From Herpetosiphon aurantiacus DSM 785 (GTDB lineage: Bacteria; Chloroflexota; Chloroflexia; Chloroflexales; Herpetosiphonaceae), in NCBI GenBank assembly GCA_000018565.1, contig CP000875.1, forward strand, positions 569,199 through 633,198: 64,000 nt of DNA, in the 5' to 3' direction. Positions 21,729-29,774 of the stretch are shown in pieces (positions within the stretch are counted from its first letter, which is position 1; each line of letters opens with the position of its first letter). The position numbers and the translations under genes are program-made. The notes beneath the pieces are model-generated. The model saw nothing but the letters and a program-made list of their open reading frames with translations, had not been told where the DNA came from and did not search any database.

Positions 21729-22775
21729 ATGAAACAACGTCGCTGGGGCATACTTATGCTCTGGGTGCTCAGTTTAATGCTGTTTGCTGCGCCTAGTTTT
21801 GCCCAAGATGCGCGGGTGGTGATCGATAATAATGGGGTTGATGTTGATGAAAGTCGGATCAATACGGCGGCTCGTCAATTAACCGATAAAGGCGCGTTGG
21901 TGGTGGTGGTACTCACTGATAGCACCAATGGTCAAACTGAAACTGCCTATTTGGATAGCCGCCTGAAATCGCTTGGGATTGGCAATAGCTCAAAAGCTGG
22001 CGATCGCCCAAGCAATGTCTTGATCTATTATGTTTCATTCGACCCACGCTATAGCTCGATTTTGCCAGGTATCGACTACAATCAAGCTTTGACCACTGGC
22101 AATCAATCGGATTCGATTCGTAATAATCAACTGAATGCTGGACTAAAGGTCAACGACCCCACTCGTGGTTTGGTTGATGCCATGACTGCAACTGCGCGAG
22201 TGATTAATGATCCAGCTGGAGCCGCTTCGAGCAGCTCACAAAGCAGCAGTAGCAGCAGCGGGCTTGGCTCAAGCTTAGTTTGGGTGATTGTGATTATCGC
22301 CTTAGTCGCGATTGGCTTTTTTGTGGTGCCTGGCCTGCTCAAGCGCCGTTCTAACCAAGCCGCCGATTTAGGTGCACAAGCCAATACTCGTGCTCGCTTT
22401 GACCAAGCCAAACGCAATGCTGGGGTTGGAATTGCCGACCTTGGTCAGGCAATGCGCGATGCTGCTGAAAAACAGCGTTTCGATAAAATTAGCTATCCAT
22501 CAACCCAAGCCAACGAATTAGAACGACGGCATCGGGCGGTTGAAAGTAGCTTTACCCAGCTCAAAGTGCAGTTTGACGATATTAACGATCGAATCGGCGA
22601 TTTGCCAAGTCCATCGGTGACCGATTTAGAGGGCGCGGCTGGTGGCTACGATGGCATTACCAACCAAGTACGCCAAATTACCAGCGAATTGCAAGCAATG
22701 GATGCTTTGCGCAAGGAGCTTGATACGATCAATGCTCAAGCGCCAGGCGAGGTTGACCGCGCAAAAAAATGGTAA
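21729..22775 (+). CDS. TPM-domain membrane protein (signal peptide, TPM-like domain, TM helix)
   Basis: Signal peptide MKQRRWGILMLWVLSLMLFAAPSFA; YgcG/TPM-like N-domain; Ser-rich linker; TM LVWVIVIIALVAIGFFVV. Ends 7 nt into the next ORF at an A7 run. Confidence 0.55.
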   Translation: MKQRRWGILMLWVLSLMLFAAPSFAQDARVVIDNNGVDVDESRINTAARQLTDKGALVVVVLTDSTNGQTETAYLDSRLKSLGIGNSSKAGDRPSNVLIYYVSFDPRYSSILPGIDYNQALTTGNQSDSIRNNQLNAGLKVNDPTRGLVDAMTATARVINDPAGAASSSSQSSSSSSGLGSSLVWVIVIIALVAIGFFVVPGLLKRRSNQAADLGAQANTRARFDQAKRNAGVGIADLGQAMRDAAEKQRFDKISYPSTQANELERRHRAVESSFTQLKVQFDDINDRIGDLPSPSVTDLEGAAGGYDGITNQVRQITSELQAMDALRKELDTINAQAPGEVDRAKKW

Positions 22776-24649
22776 CCGACGCTGCCGACTTGTTGCAACG
22801 AATCGGTGGACAACAGGCGCAAGCCCAAGTTGCCACAATTCAACAACAAGTGGCGCAGGCCGCCGCAGCCTTAGCATCACAACATGCTAACGATGCGCGG
22901 CAATCTGCAAGTGCAGCGTCGGAACAATTGATCAAACTTCAGCCATTGCTTGATCGGCTAAAAAGCGCCGAAGCCCAACTCAATGCCGCCGAAGACAGTT
23001 TGGCTGGGTTAAGCGGCAAACGCGCTAGTGGCGTGAAACAGTTGGTTGCCGAAGGTCAGCAAGTTTTGCAAAATGCTGCGGTTCAAATTAACGAAACTGA
23101 TGCCAGTGATTTGGTCGATGAGGCTGAGCGAATTGCCCAACGCGCCTATAAACTTGGCCCAGATTTCGCTAACACTCAGCAATCGTTCAACCAACGCCTC
23201 GAAGCGGTTAATGCCCGTGGCTTGGAATTGAACAATCGCCTCGAAGCTAGCCGCAACGAGTTTAGCGAAGTCAATCAATATGCTCCCGAATCGTGGAGTG
23301 ATATTCGCGGCAATGGCAGCGAGGCAGCTTCAGCTGTGGCTCAAGCCCACCAACTTTGGCAAACTGCCCAAGCCAAAATTGCCCCCGATCAAGATGATTG
23401 GGCTGGTGGTTTGGAAGATTTGGAAACTGCCGAAGGTCGCTTGGTCTATGCAGATACCTTGTTGAGCGCGATTAGCCAGCGCTTGGCCGATTTACGCGAA
23501 GCCCAAAAAAGCGCAACCCATCAAATTGAAGATGCCAAGCGCGATATTAAGCTTGGTTGGGGCTATGTGCGTAACAACGATGCCGATGTTGGCAAAGTGC
23601 CCGAAAAAGCCTTGAATCAAGCCGAAGCCTTGATTCAAAACGTTGAAAGCCAATTGGCGCGTGAAAAACCCAATTGGATCAGCGTCTTGCAACAGGTTAC
23701 TCAAGCTCGCCAATATGCCGACCAAGCTTTGGCTGGCGCTCGTTCTGAAGTTGAAACAATGAACGCCAAGCGTGCTCAAGCCAAAGATTTGGCCAAAGCA
23801 GCCCAAGCTGAGCTAGGCAAGTTGCAAAATTTTGCTCAATTGCACCCAGTTGAGGCCACGCCTGAGCATCGTAAAAAAATCGATAGCTTGGGTCGCACGC
23901 TGAGCGAAGCCGATACCTCGTTGCTTTCTGCCGATCGCAATGAAGAAGAAGCCCGCGCTGGAGCGTTGGATGCGGCAATTGCTGGCTATAACACGGTTAT
24001 TAGCCAAGCAGCTCCGTTGTATAGCGCCATGTACGAAACCTTCCAATCGCTGGAAGTCTTGCGGCGCGAAGCTTCAGAGGCGTTTCAAGTTGCCCAACAA
24101 TCACTCAACAATGCCAATCAGTGGTATAACCAATATGGTCATGTGCTGCCAGCTAACTCGAATGGGCGCAGTTTGCTGACCCAAGCCCAACAAACGCTGC
24201 GGCAATATAACCCCAATGCCAATGCTGAGGAACTTAAAAAGATTGCGGCAAGTGCCCGTGAAGCCAATGGTTATGCCCATCAAGCAGCCCAAATTATTCA
24301 AGGTGCTGCCCAAACCTACCAACAAAGCCATCCCCAACAGTATGGCGGCCAATATCCAAGTGGCCAATATTCGGGCCAGCGCCGCGATCGCGATAACGAT
24401 TTTGGCGATTTGCTGACGGGGATGTTTATCGGCTCTATGATGAATAGTGGCGGTAATCATCACCATGGTGGCGGTTGGGGCAGTGGTGGCGGTGGCGGCT
24501 GGAGCGGCGGCGGTAGCTCCAATAGCTCTAGCAGCGACTCCGGTGATTCTGGTGGCGGCTGGGGCGGCATGTTCAGCGGCGGTTCCGGCGATTCCGGCGG
24601 CGATTGGGGCGGCGATAGCAGCTCCGGCGATTCCGGTGGTAGCTGGTAG
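22769..24649 (+). CDS. Long coiled-coil protein with Gly/Trp/Ser-rich C-terminal tail (possibly the continuation of the TPM protein)
   Basis: 626 aa, Ala/Gln/Glu-rich heptad-like sequence; C-terminal GGGWGSGGGGGWSGGGSS… tail typical of TPM/YgcG-family C-termini. Confidence 0.5.
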   Translation: MVTDAADLLQRIGGQQAQAQVATIQQQVAQAAAALASQHANDARQSASAASEQLIKLQPLLDRLKSAEAQLNAAEDSLAGLSGKRASGVKQLVAEGQQVLQNAAVQINETDASDLVDEAERIAQRAYKLGPDFANTQQSFNQRLEAVNARGLELNNRLEASRNEFSEVNQYAPESWSDIRGNGSEAASAVAQAHQLWQTAQAKIAPDQDDWAGGLEDLETAEGRLVYADTLLSAISQRLADLREAQKSATHQIEDAKRDIKLGWGYVRNNDADVGKVPEKALNQAEALIQNVESQLAREKPNWISVLQQVTQARQYADQALAGARSEVETMNAKRAQAKDLAKAAQAELGKLQNFAQLHPVEATPEHRKKIDSLGRTLSEADTSLLSADRNEEEARAGALDAAIAGYNTVISQAAPLYSAMYETFQSLEVLRREASEAFQVAQQSLNNANQWYNQYGHVLPANSNGRSLLTQAQQTLRQYNPNANAEELKKIAASAREANGYAHQAAQIIQGAAQTYQQSHPQQYGGQYPSGQYSGQRRDRDNDFGDLLTGMFIGSMMNSGGNHHHGGGWGSGGGGGWSGGGSSNSSSSDSGDSGGGWGGMFSGGSGDSGGDWGGDSSSGDSGGSW

Positions 24650-24659
24650 ATACTTCAAG

Positions 24660-24697
24660 AGTGCTGCACTCAATTATTGAGTGCAGCGCTTTTTGCT
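24660..24697 (+). terminator. Rho-independent terminator
   Basis: gctgcactcaat-tat-tgagtgcagc then GCTTTTTG. Confidence 0.55.
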
Positions 24698-25052
24698 ATG
24701 AGAATAAGGCTCGCAGATATACAAAAGCCACAAAAAGGATTGGTATGAGCGGTAGCCCGATGGTAAACCAGCGCATAAATGCTAAAGTGCGGGTAAAGTT
24801 CATTAAGCTATACAACAATAAGAGCGCCGCCAACCAACTGCTCCCCGAGAGCGCCATCCATGAAATACCACGACAGATTGCTTCGCGATCAACTCCACAG
24901 GCTCCACCAAAAATCAACACTACCAGCATGATAGAGAAACTGGTATTCAGTATATTGAGAATAACCGAAAATCTCCATTCAAATTTGGGCTTTTTGGGGT
25001 TGTTTGGCACATGATAGTCAGGTTGGGCCATAAATATCCTTTTTAATTTCAA
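24696..25052 (-). CDS. Small membrane protein, YHVPNN-family paralog 1
   Basis: 118 aa, 3 TM; N-terminal MAQPDYHVPNNPKKP. Confidence 0.5.
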   Translation of the reverse strand: MKLKRIFMAQPDYHVPNNPKKPKFEWRFSVILNILNTSFSIMLVVLIFGGACGVDREAICRGISWMALSGSSWLAALLLLYSLMNFTRTLAFMRWFTIGLPLIPILFVAFVYLRALFS

Positions 25053-25065
25053 TAATTAACTGCAT

Positions 25066-25380
25066 TTATCCCAAAAATGGTGCAATATAAATCCCAAGCA
25101 TTGGCAACAGTGGTAAGCCAAGCGTGATCCAGCGCAGTCGTTTCGGGGTTTGATTAAACCGATAAATTCCAATCAACAAGAGGATCATTGAGCTAAGCAA
25201 GCTGGGGATGAATAACCCCATAAAACTAAAAACATTGCATTCGCTGCGGCTACAGTTAAGCATCACAATAATCGCATAGCCAAATAGCCCAACACTGGCG
25301 AGATTGAAAAAGCACAACAGTTTTATGCCAAATGTACTACGTGGCTGGTTGTTGGGCACATGATAATTTGGCTCTTGCAT
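25066..25380 (-). CDS. Small membrane protein, YHVPNN-family paralog 2
   Basis: 104 aa; N-terminal MQEPNYHVPNNQPRS; C-terminal LRWITLGLPLLPML resembles paralog 1. Confidence 0.5.
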   Translation of the reverse strand: MQEPNYHVPNNQPRSTFGIKLLCFFNLASVGLFGYAIIVMLNCSRSECNVFSFMGLFIPSLLSSMILLLIGIYRFNQTPKRLRWITLGLPLLPMLGIYIAPFLG

Positions 25381-25471
25381 CTTAAACGCTCAATTATAAA
25401 AAAATCAGCGTAAGTTTACCTTAAATTGGGCTTAGGGTAAGCCGAAAGCGTGGGTTGAAGCATACCCTCTC

Positions 25472-25966
25472 CTATTCGATCGAGTCGAGTTGATCTAAAA
25501 ATAATGGTAAGAATAATAGCATCAATAAACTCATCAGCCAATTAGGGTAGCGAATAAAAATATAGAAGTAAAACAGCTGGGTTTCGCGACCGAAAAACAA
25601 GCCAATATATTCGCTCAGCGAGTAGTTAGCCGCGAAAAATGGATACCAACTGAGGCAGTGTAAACTACTTAATATGATTGGCGTTATCAGCCATAAGCCG
25701 AGATTGCCGATAAAATTTGCCGCAAACCATTTACGCCAATTGTAGATGATTATTGCCACAATTGGGCTGCCAATTAACCCCATGAAGAAACCATAAATGA
25801 GGCCAATGATTGCTGCCACCAAACCAACAAAAATATCAAATCCTACACCAAGCCCAAACCCATAGATACCGCCAATAATCGTGCCTAAGCGGATGCCATA
25901 GCCAAAACAATCATCGATCAATTGATCAAGGCTGGGTTTAGGAACATCACTCTGTTGACGATTCAT
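25472..25966 (-). CDS. Small membrane protein, paralog 3 (Gly-zipper TM)
   Basis: 164 aa; GIRLGTIIGGIYGFGLGVG resembles paralog 4. Confidence 0.45.
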   Translation of the reverse strand: MNRQQSDVPKPSLDQLIDDCFGYGIRLGTIIGGIYGFGLGVGFDIFVGLVAAIIGLIYGFFMGLIGSPIVAIIIYNWRKWFAANFIGNLGLWLITPIILSSLHCLSWYPFFAANYSLSEYIGLFFGRETQLFYFYIFIRYPNWLMSLLMLLFLPLFLDQLDSIE

Positions 25967-26050
25967 CTGAGATACTCCCGATTAAAGCCGATGTTTCGCT
26001 TAAACGGAAGTATCTCGCGGCCATGTTACAGTGCTTTTACAAGCCATAGC

Positions 26051-26524
26051 TTATGGAGTTTGACTTTTTTCAAGGATGATTGGTAGCCCGATCACCAGCG
26101 TGACGATAATGATCAAACTAGGCCATGTTACAAACCGACTCAATTGATTGGATACAGTTACGTTTGCCAAAAGTTGATAGAAATATTCACTCAAGTTAGC
26201 TTGCTGAGAAAGTAGGCTATAGCCGACCAAGCTATAGATTGAAACAATACTCAAGGGGGCAAACCAATACAGATGGTATAAGCCTAGATTGTGGGTCTGA
26301 AACAATTGCTGCCAACAATAAATCACGATTGCTAAGATCATGCTCCCAACAACTCCAACGATGCCACCAATAATCCCAGCCACAAGCAGACCATAGATTG
26401 CGGTGAAATAATAGCCATAGATTGCACCAATCGAAACACCCAGCCCAGGCCCACGTTGAATACATGCATCAAAAATGCTTGCGAATGATGATTGAATGTT
26501 GGGGTTGTTGGGAACGTGATACAT
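26051..26524 (-). CDS. Small membrane protein, YHVPNN-family paralog 4
   Basis: 157 aa; N-terminal MYHVPNNPNIQ; Gly-zipper TM. Confidence 0.5.
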   Translation of the reverse strand: MYHVPNNPNIQSSFASIFDACIQRGPGLGVSIGAIYGYYFTAIYGLLVAGIIGGIVGVVGSMILAIVIYCWQQLFQTHNLGLYHLYWFAPLSIVSIYSLVGYSLLSQQANLSEYFYQLLANVTVSNQLSRFVTWPSLIIIVTLVIGLPIILEKSQTP

Positions 26525-26694
26525 AGCTCAGACTCCTTAGTGAACTGAAAATCTTCGCTCGCAAGTAGTATCGCCAAGCCTTGTTACACCAGCGTTACAA
26601 CAGTGATTTGTGCCGCTGGATGGCTAAATTTGCAAAATCAAAAGAGCTGTGCTATACTTTCAAACGTTGCTGAAACGCAACGCAAACTCAACGC

Positions 26695-26770
26695 GACTCC
26701 GTAGCTCAGTGGATAGAGCGTTTCCCTGCGGAGGAAAAGGTCGGGCGTTCGACTCGCCCCGGAGTCGCCA
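26695..26770 (+). tRNA. tRNA-Arg (anticodon loop CTGCGGA, anticodon read as GCG), copy 1
   Basis: Cloverleaf: acceptor GACTCCG/CGGAGTC, D-arm GCTC-AGTGGATA-GAGC, anticodon stem TTTCC/GGAAA, T-arm GGGCG-TTCGACT-CGCCC, CCA encoded. Coordinates ±1. Confidence 0.7.
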
Positions 26771-26795
26771 CTTCTTTACAATCAAAACCCCACTA

Positions 26796-26887
26796 GGGAA
26801 GGTGGCAGAGTCCGGTTGAATGTACCGCCCTCGAAATGCGGCAAGGTGTAAAAACCTTCGTGGGTTCGAATCCCACCCTTCCCGCCA
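26796..26887 (+). tRNA. tRNA-Ser (anticodon CGA), class II with long variable arm
   Basis: Acceptor GGGAAGG/CCTTCCC, discriminator G, anticodon loop CTCGAAA, variable stem AAGG/CCTT, T-arm GTGGG-TTCGAAT-CCCAC, CCA encoded; one C·U mismatch at the anticodon-stem closing pair. Confidence 0.65.
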
Positions 26888-26947
26888 CCAACATGGCAGC
26901 ACTCGAAAGTGCTTTTTTTATTTAATGCAGGCTGTATTTCAAAATGC

Positions 26948-27023
26948 GACTCCGTAGCTCAGTGGATAGAGCGTTTCCCTGCGGAGGAAAAGGTCGGGCG
27001 TTCGACTCGCCCCGGAGTCGCCA
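26948..27023 (+). tRNA. tRNA-Arg (anticodon GCG as read), copy 2
   Basis: Identical in sequence to copy 1 over the tRNA body; followed by hairpin+T-run terminator (caccctagggtg ttttttt). Confidence 0.7.
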
Positions 27024-27057
27024 CACTTAAACAAAGCACCCTAGGGTGTTTTTTTGT

Positions 27058-27690
27058 TTAACTGGCTTTGCGCCATAAACGCCAACCATTGCTAGCCAAT
27101 ACCAAAAAGATTGCATATAGCAGCGCGACCAAGAGTGTGCCCTTAACGCTATACAGCCAAATCGCAATCACATCGACCGTAATCCAATAATACCAACATT
27201 CGATTCGGCGTTGGGCCATCAAAATCGTCGCCGTAAAGCTCATCACGGTGGTCAACGAATCGATCAAAACATAGGTTGCGGGTGCAGGAAAATAGGCAGG
27301 CAGCCATTGATCAAGATTGCCAATAATAAACGCTAAAATCAGCGTGCCAACCACAGTAATACCCAAGGCCAGCAGATTATAGTTGCGCGAACTGTAACGC
27401 GGTTTGGCGGCTTGCTCTTTCGGCTTCGACCAATGCCACCAGCCGTAAATGCCAGTAAAAAAGTAGTAAACTTGCTCAAACGTGTCGGCATAGAGTTGAA
27501 TTTGGTAGAACAACACGAAGAAGAGCACTACGCCGATTAAGCCAATTGGCCAATTGCTGATGCGCCCACGCCCAACCAGCCACACCGACCACAAATTGAA
27601 GATCGTACCAGCTAATTCGAGATAGCTCATGGGGTAGCCAAAGAGCGTAAAGGCAATCGTATTAATATCGAAGAAACTCGCAAGATCCAT
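27058..27690 (-). CDS. pnuC: PnuC-like nicotinamide riboside transporter
   Basis: 210 aa polytopic membrane protein with Trp-rich motifs (WSVWLVGRG…GWWHW) immediately downstream of the nadR-like gene (classic pnuC-nadR arrangement). Confidence 0.6.
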   Translation of the reverse strand: MDLASFFDINTIAFTLFGYPMSYLELAGTIFNLWSVWLVGRGRISNWPIGLIGVVLFFVLFYQIQLYADTFEQVYYFFTGIYGWWHWSKPKEQAAKPRYSSRNYNLLALGITVVGTLILAFIIGNLDQWLPAYFPAPATYVLIDSLTTVMSFTATILMAQRRIECWYYWITVDVIAIWLYSVKGTLLVALLYAIFLVLASNGWRLWRKAS

Positions 27691-27698
27691 AAAACACC

Positions 27699-28703
27699 TC
27701 AGGCTGGGTTGGCAAGCAGATTGTGATAAAGCTGATGGCGTTGTAATAAGCTTTGCACTTGGGCGATGCGCTGCTCAAGCGGGCCGCTAATTAAATAATA
27801 GGGTTGGCGACGTTGCTGCAATTGGGCGAAAAGTTGTTTTTGAAAGATCGTGCGCTGAACTTCGCCCGAGCGATCCCATGTATCGTCGTAGGGAATATCG
27901 CTATCGCAAACCAATACCAAATCGTAGCGCTGTTGGGCTTGGTCGGCCAGTTGGGCCAAACGTGGCTCCGCCCTGCCATGATAGCTCAGCGCAAAATGGT
28001 AGGTGGTTAAGGCATTGGTATCCACAAAAAGATAACGGTTGCTTTCCAGCAGGCGCTGTTCTTCGCGCTCACGATGGCCCTCGGCAATTTCGACCAATTG
28101 CTGGGGCGTGAGCCGCCGATTGCTCTGATGTTGCTCCCAATATTCACGGCCATATTCGGGCATCCATTGGGTGTTAAATGTTTCGGCCAGCGTGGCGGTG
28201 AGGGTGGTTTTGCCAGTTGAGGGCGCACCAAGCAGCACGATTTTCATAATCAAATCGCGGTAAACTCGGGGATGTAAAAACTCACGATAGCGATAGGGAT
28301 CGCTGCGAATTTGGGTGGCCGAGATCGGCACTTGGTTGCGCGGTGGATCAACTTGGCGATTGATTGCGCCCAGCGCTTGGCTCATATGCTCACCATAAAA
28401 TTCGCTCGAATAAAAATGGCTGATATTGCTAATGCCAAGCTGCTGGATTACATAATCTTCGTGGAGTTGCTGAATCTCGCGGGTATTGCCAATTACGCTT
28501 GGCCCATCCCACGCCTCAATCACTTGGGCTTGGGGGTAAAGCTCACGCAGCCAAGCGCTTCGAACTGGCAATGGCACGCTGGTTTGCTCGGGGCTATCGT
28601 AAATGATAATTTGCAACTCAGCCACTTCGCTGAGCGCTGTTTCAATCATCAGTTGATGGCCTTTGTGCAAGGGGGCAAATTTGCCGAGGGTCAAACCACG
28701 CAT
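27699..28703 (-). CDS. nadR: NadR-like bifunctional NMN adenylyltransferase / ribosylnicotinamide kinase (no HTH)
   Basis: N-terminal nucleotidyltransferase FAPLHKGHQ (HxGH); C-terminal P-loop kinase LLGAPSTGKTTL. Confidence 0.8.
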   Translation of the reverse strand: MRGLTLGKFAPLHKGHQLMIETALSEVAELQIIIYDSPEQTSVPLPVRSAWLRELYPQAQVIEAWDGPSVIGNTREIQQLHEDYVIQQLGISNISHFYSSEFYGEHMSQALGAINRQVDPPRNQVPISATQIRSDPYRYREFLHPRVYRDLIMKIVLLGAPSTGKTTLTATLAETFNTQWMPEYGREYWEQHQSNRRLTPQQLVEIAEGHREREEQRLLESNRYLFVDTNALTTYHFALSYHGRAEPRLAQLADQAQQRYDLVLVCDSDIPYDDTWDRSGEVQRTIFQKQLFAQLQQRRQPYYLISGPLEQRIAQVQSLLQRHQLYHNLLANPA

Positions 28704-28711
28704 AGATGTTC

Positions 28712-29482
28712 CTAAACTTCAGGCTGAGTAAATTCGCTATCAATTGTTTGATCATTGTTTGATTGATGCACATGCAGCACGATTGTATTGCTCTTGTTGC
28801 TATCAAGTGCTTGCAATACCCGCAAATTCATCAAGGCTGGGTTGCGCTCAAGCATGCGAGCAGCATTGGCTAAACTGCGTAGAACTGCTTGCTCACCACG
28901 CGCTTGTTCAAGTGCAGCGGCAGTTTCGCGTTGGACTTTGGCTTGTTGCAAGGCAGCCCGTTTCAACTCGGCAGGCAAACTAAAATCTTTGATTTGAATT
29001 GTTTGAATGCTTGCGCCCAGTTCGTTGGCCTTGGGTTGTACCAGCGCCAAAATTTGCGGAGCAATCATGCTGCGATCAGCCAAGAGTTGATCGAGGGTAT
29101 AGCCAGCGATCACCTCGCGCAAGGCCACCTGTAACTCATTATAAACAACTGTTTGGGCACTGATATGGCTATGCGTCCAACGATCAGGCTGGTCGATTTG
29201 GAAATTAGCCAGCAAATTGAGCTTAACACTGATCAAATCGGCGCTGAACATTTCTTGGCCGCTCAAACTAAGTGAACTTGGCCGCACATCGATCTTGGAG
29301 ATCTGATAAGCATTACGTAGAAAGCGGTATTTGCCAGGCTCAAGCACCCGTTGAAACTTGCCATGTTTATAAAGCAAGCCACGTTCATGCTCATAAATTA
29401 TGCTAGCTGGAAAGAAACGGATTGCAGTGATCGTGATAATAATTAATAGCAGAATGATTAAACCCAAAACATCATCACCCAT
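28712..29482 (-). CDS. SPFH/Band-7 (stomatin/prohibitin-like) membrane protein
   Basis: N-terminal TM then SPFH domain and coiled-coil ELKRAALQQAKVQRETAAALEQARGE. Confidence 0.75.
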   Translation of the reverse strand: MGDDVLGLIILLLIIITITAIRFFPASIIYEHERGLLYKHGKFQRVLEPGKYRFLRNAYQISKIDVRPSSLSLSGQEMFSADLISVKLNLLANFQIDQPDRWTHSHISAQTVVYNELQVALREVIAGYTLDQLLADRSMIAPQILALVQPKANELGASIQTIQIKDFSLPAELKRAALQQAKVQRETAAALEQARGEQAVLRSLANAARMLERNPALMNLRVLQALDSNKSNTIVLHVHQSNNDQTIDSEFTQPEV

Positions 29483-29708
29483 ACGATCTACCTCTCAAAA
29501 ATGATGTTACACGCCGCCCCACATACCACAATCGGCGGAAAGCCCGTAGCTTTGCAGAGCCTTTTGCGGGTACAATAGTGGATAAGCGTGTAACGGGTCA
29601 GGAATCGAACCTGCTGTTCCAAAGTGATAAGCCAGAGTGGCAATTGCTTGGCTGCTACGCGACCAACAAGCCTAAGCTCATCAGCCTAAGCATAACAAAG
29701 AGTTGAGC

Positions 29709-29748
29709 ATAAAAAAAGCCCCAATCTACCGAGGTAGACTAGGGCTTG
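29709..29748 (-). terminator. Rho-independent terminator downstream of serine protease gene
   Basis: On minus strand gccctagtctacctcggtagattggggc hairpin followed by TTTTTTT. Confidence 0.5.
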
Positions 29749-29774
29749 CGATGGATTATTGGTCAGGCGTTGGC

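Noticed and set aside
24661-25014. Plus-strand ORF 24661..25014 overlapping membrane paralog 1
   Set aside because: Paralogous family evidence supports the minus-strand genes; plus ORF lacks features.
26460-26702. Apparent 1-nt inconsistency between my reading of the printed sequence and the frames implied by the ORF track around 26.47-26.70 kb (extra G before tRNA-Arg copy 1)
   Set aside because: Most likely my own transcription or counting error, not a biological indel; tRNA coordinates are therefore given as ±1 and copy 1 is treated as identical to copy 2.
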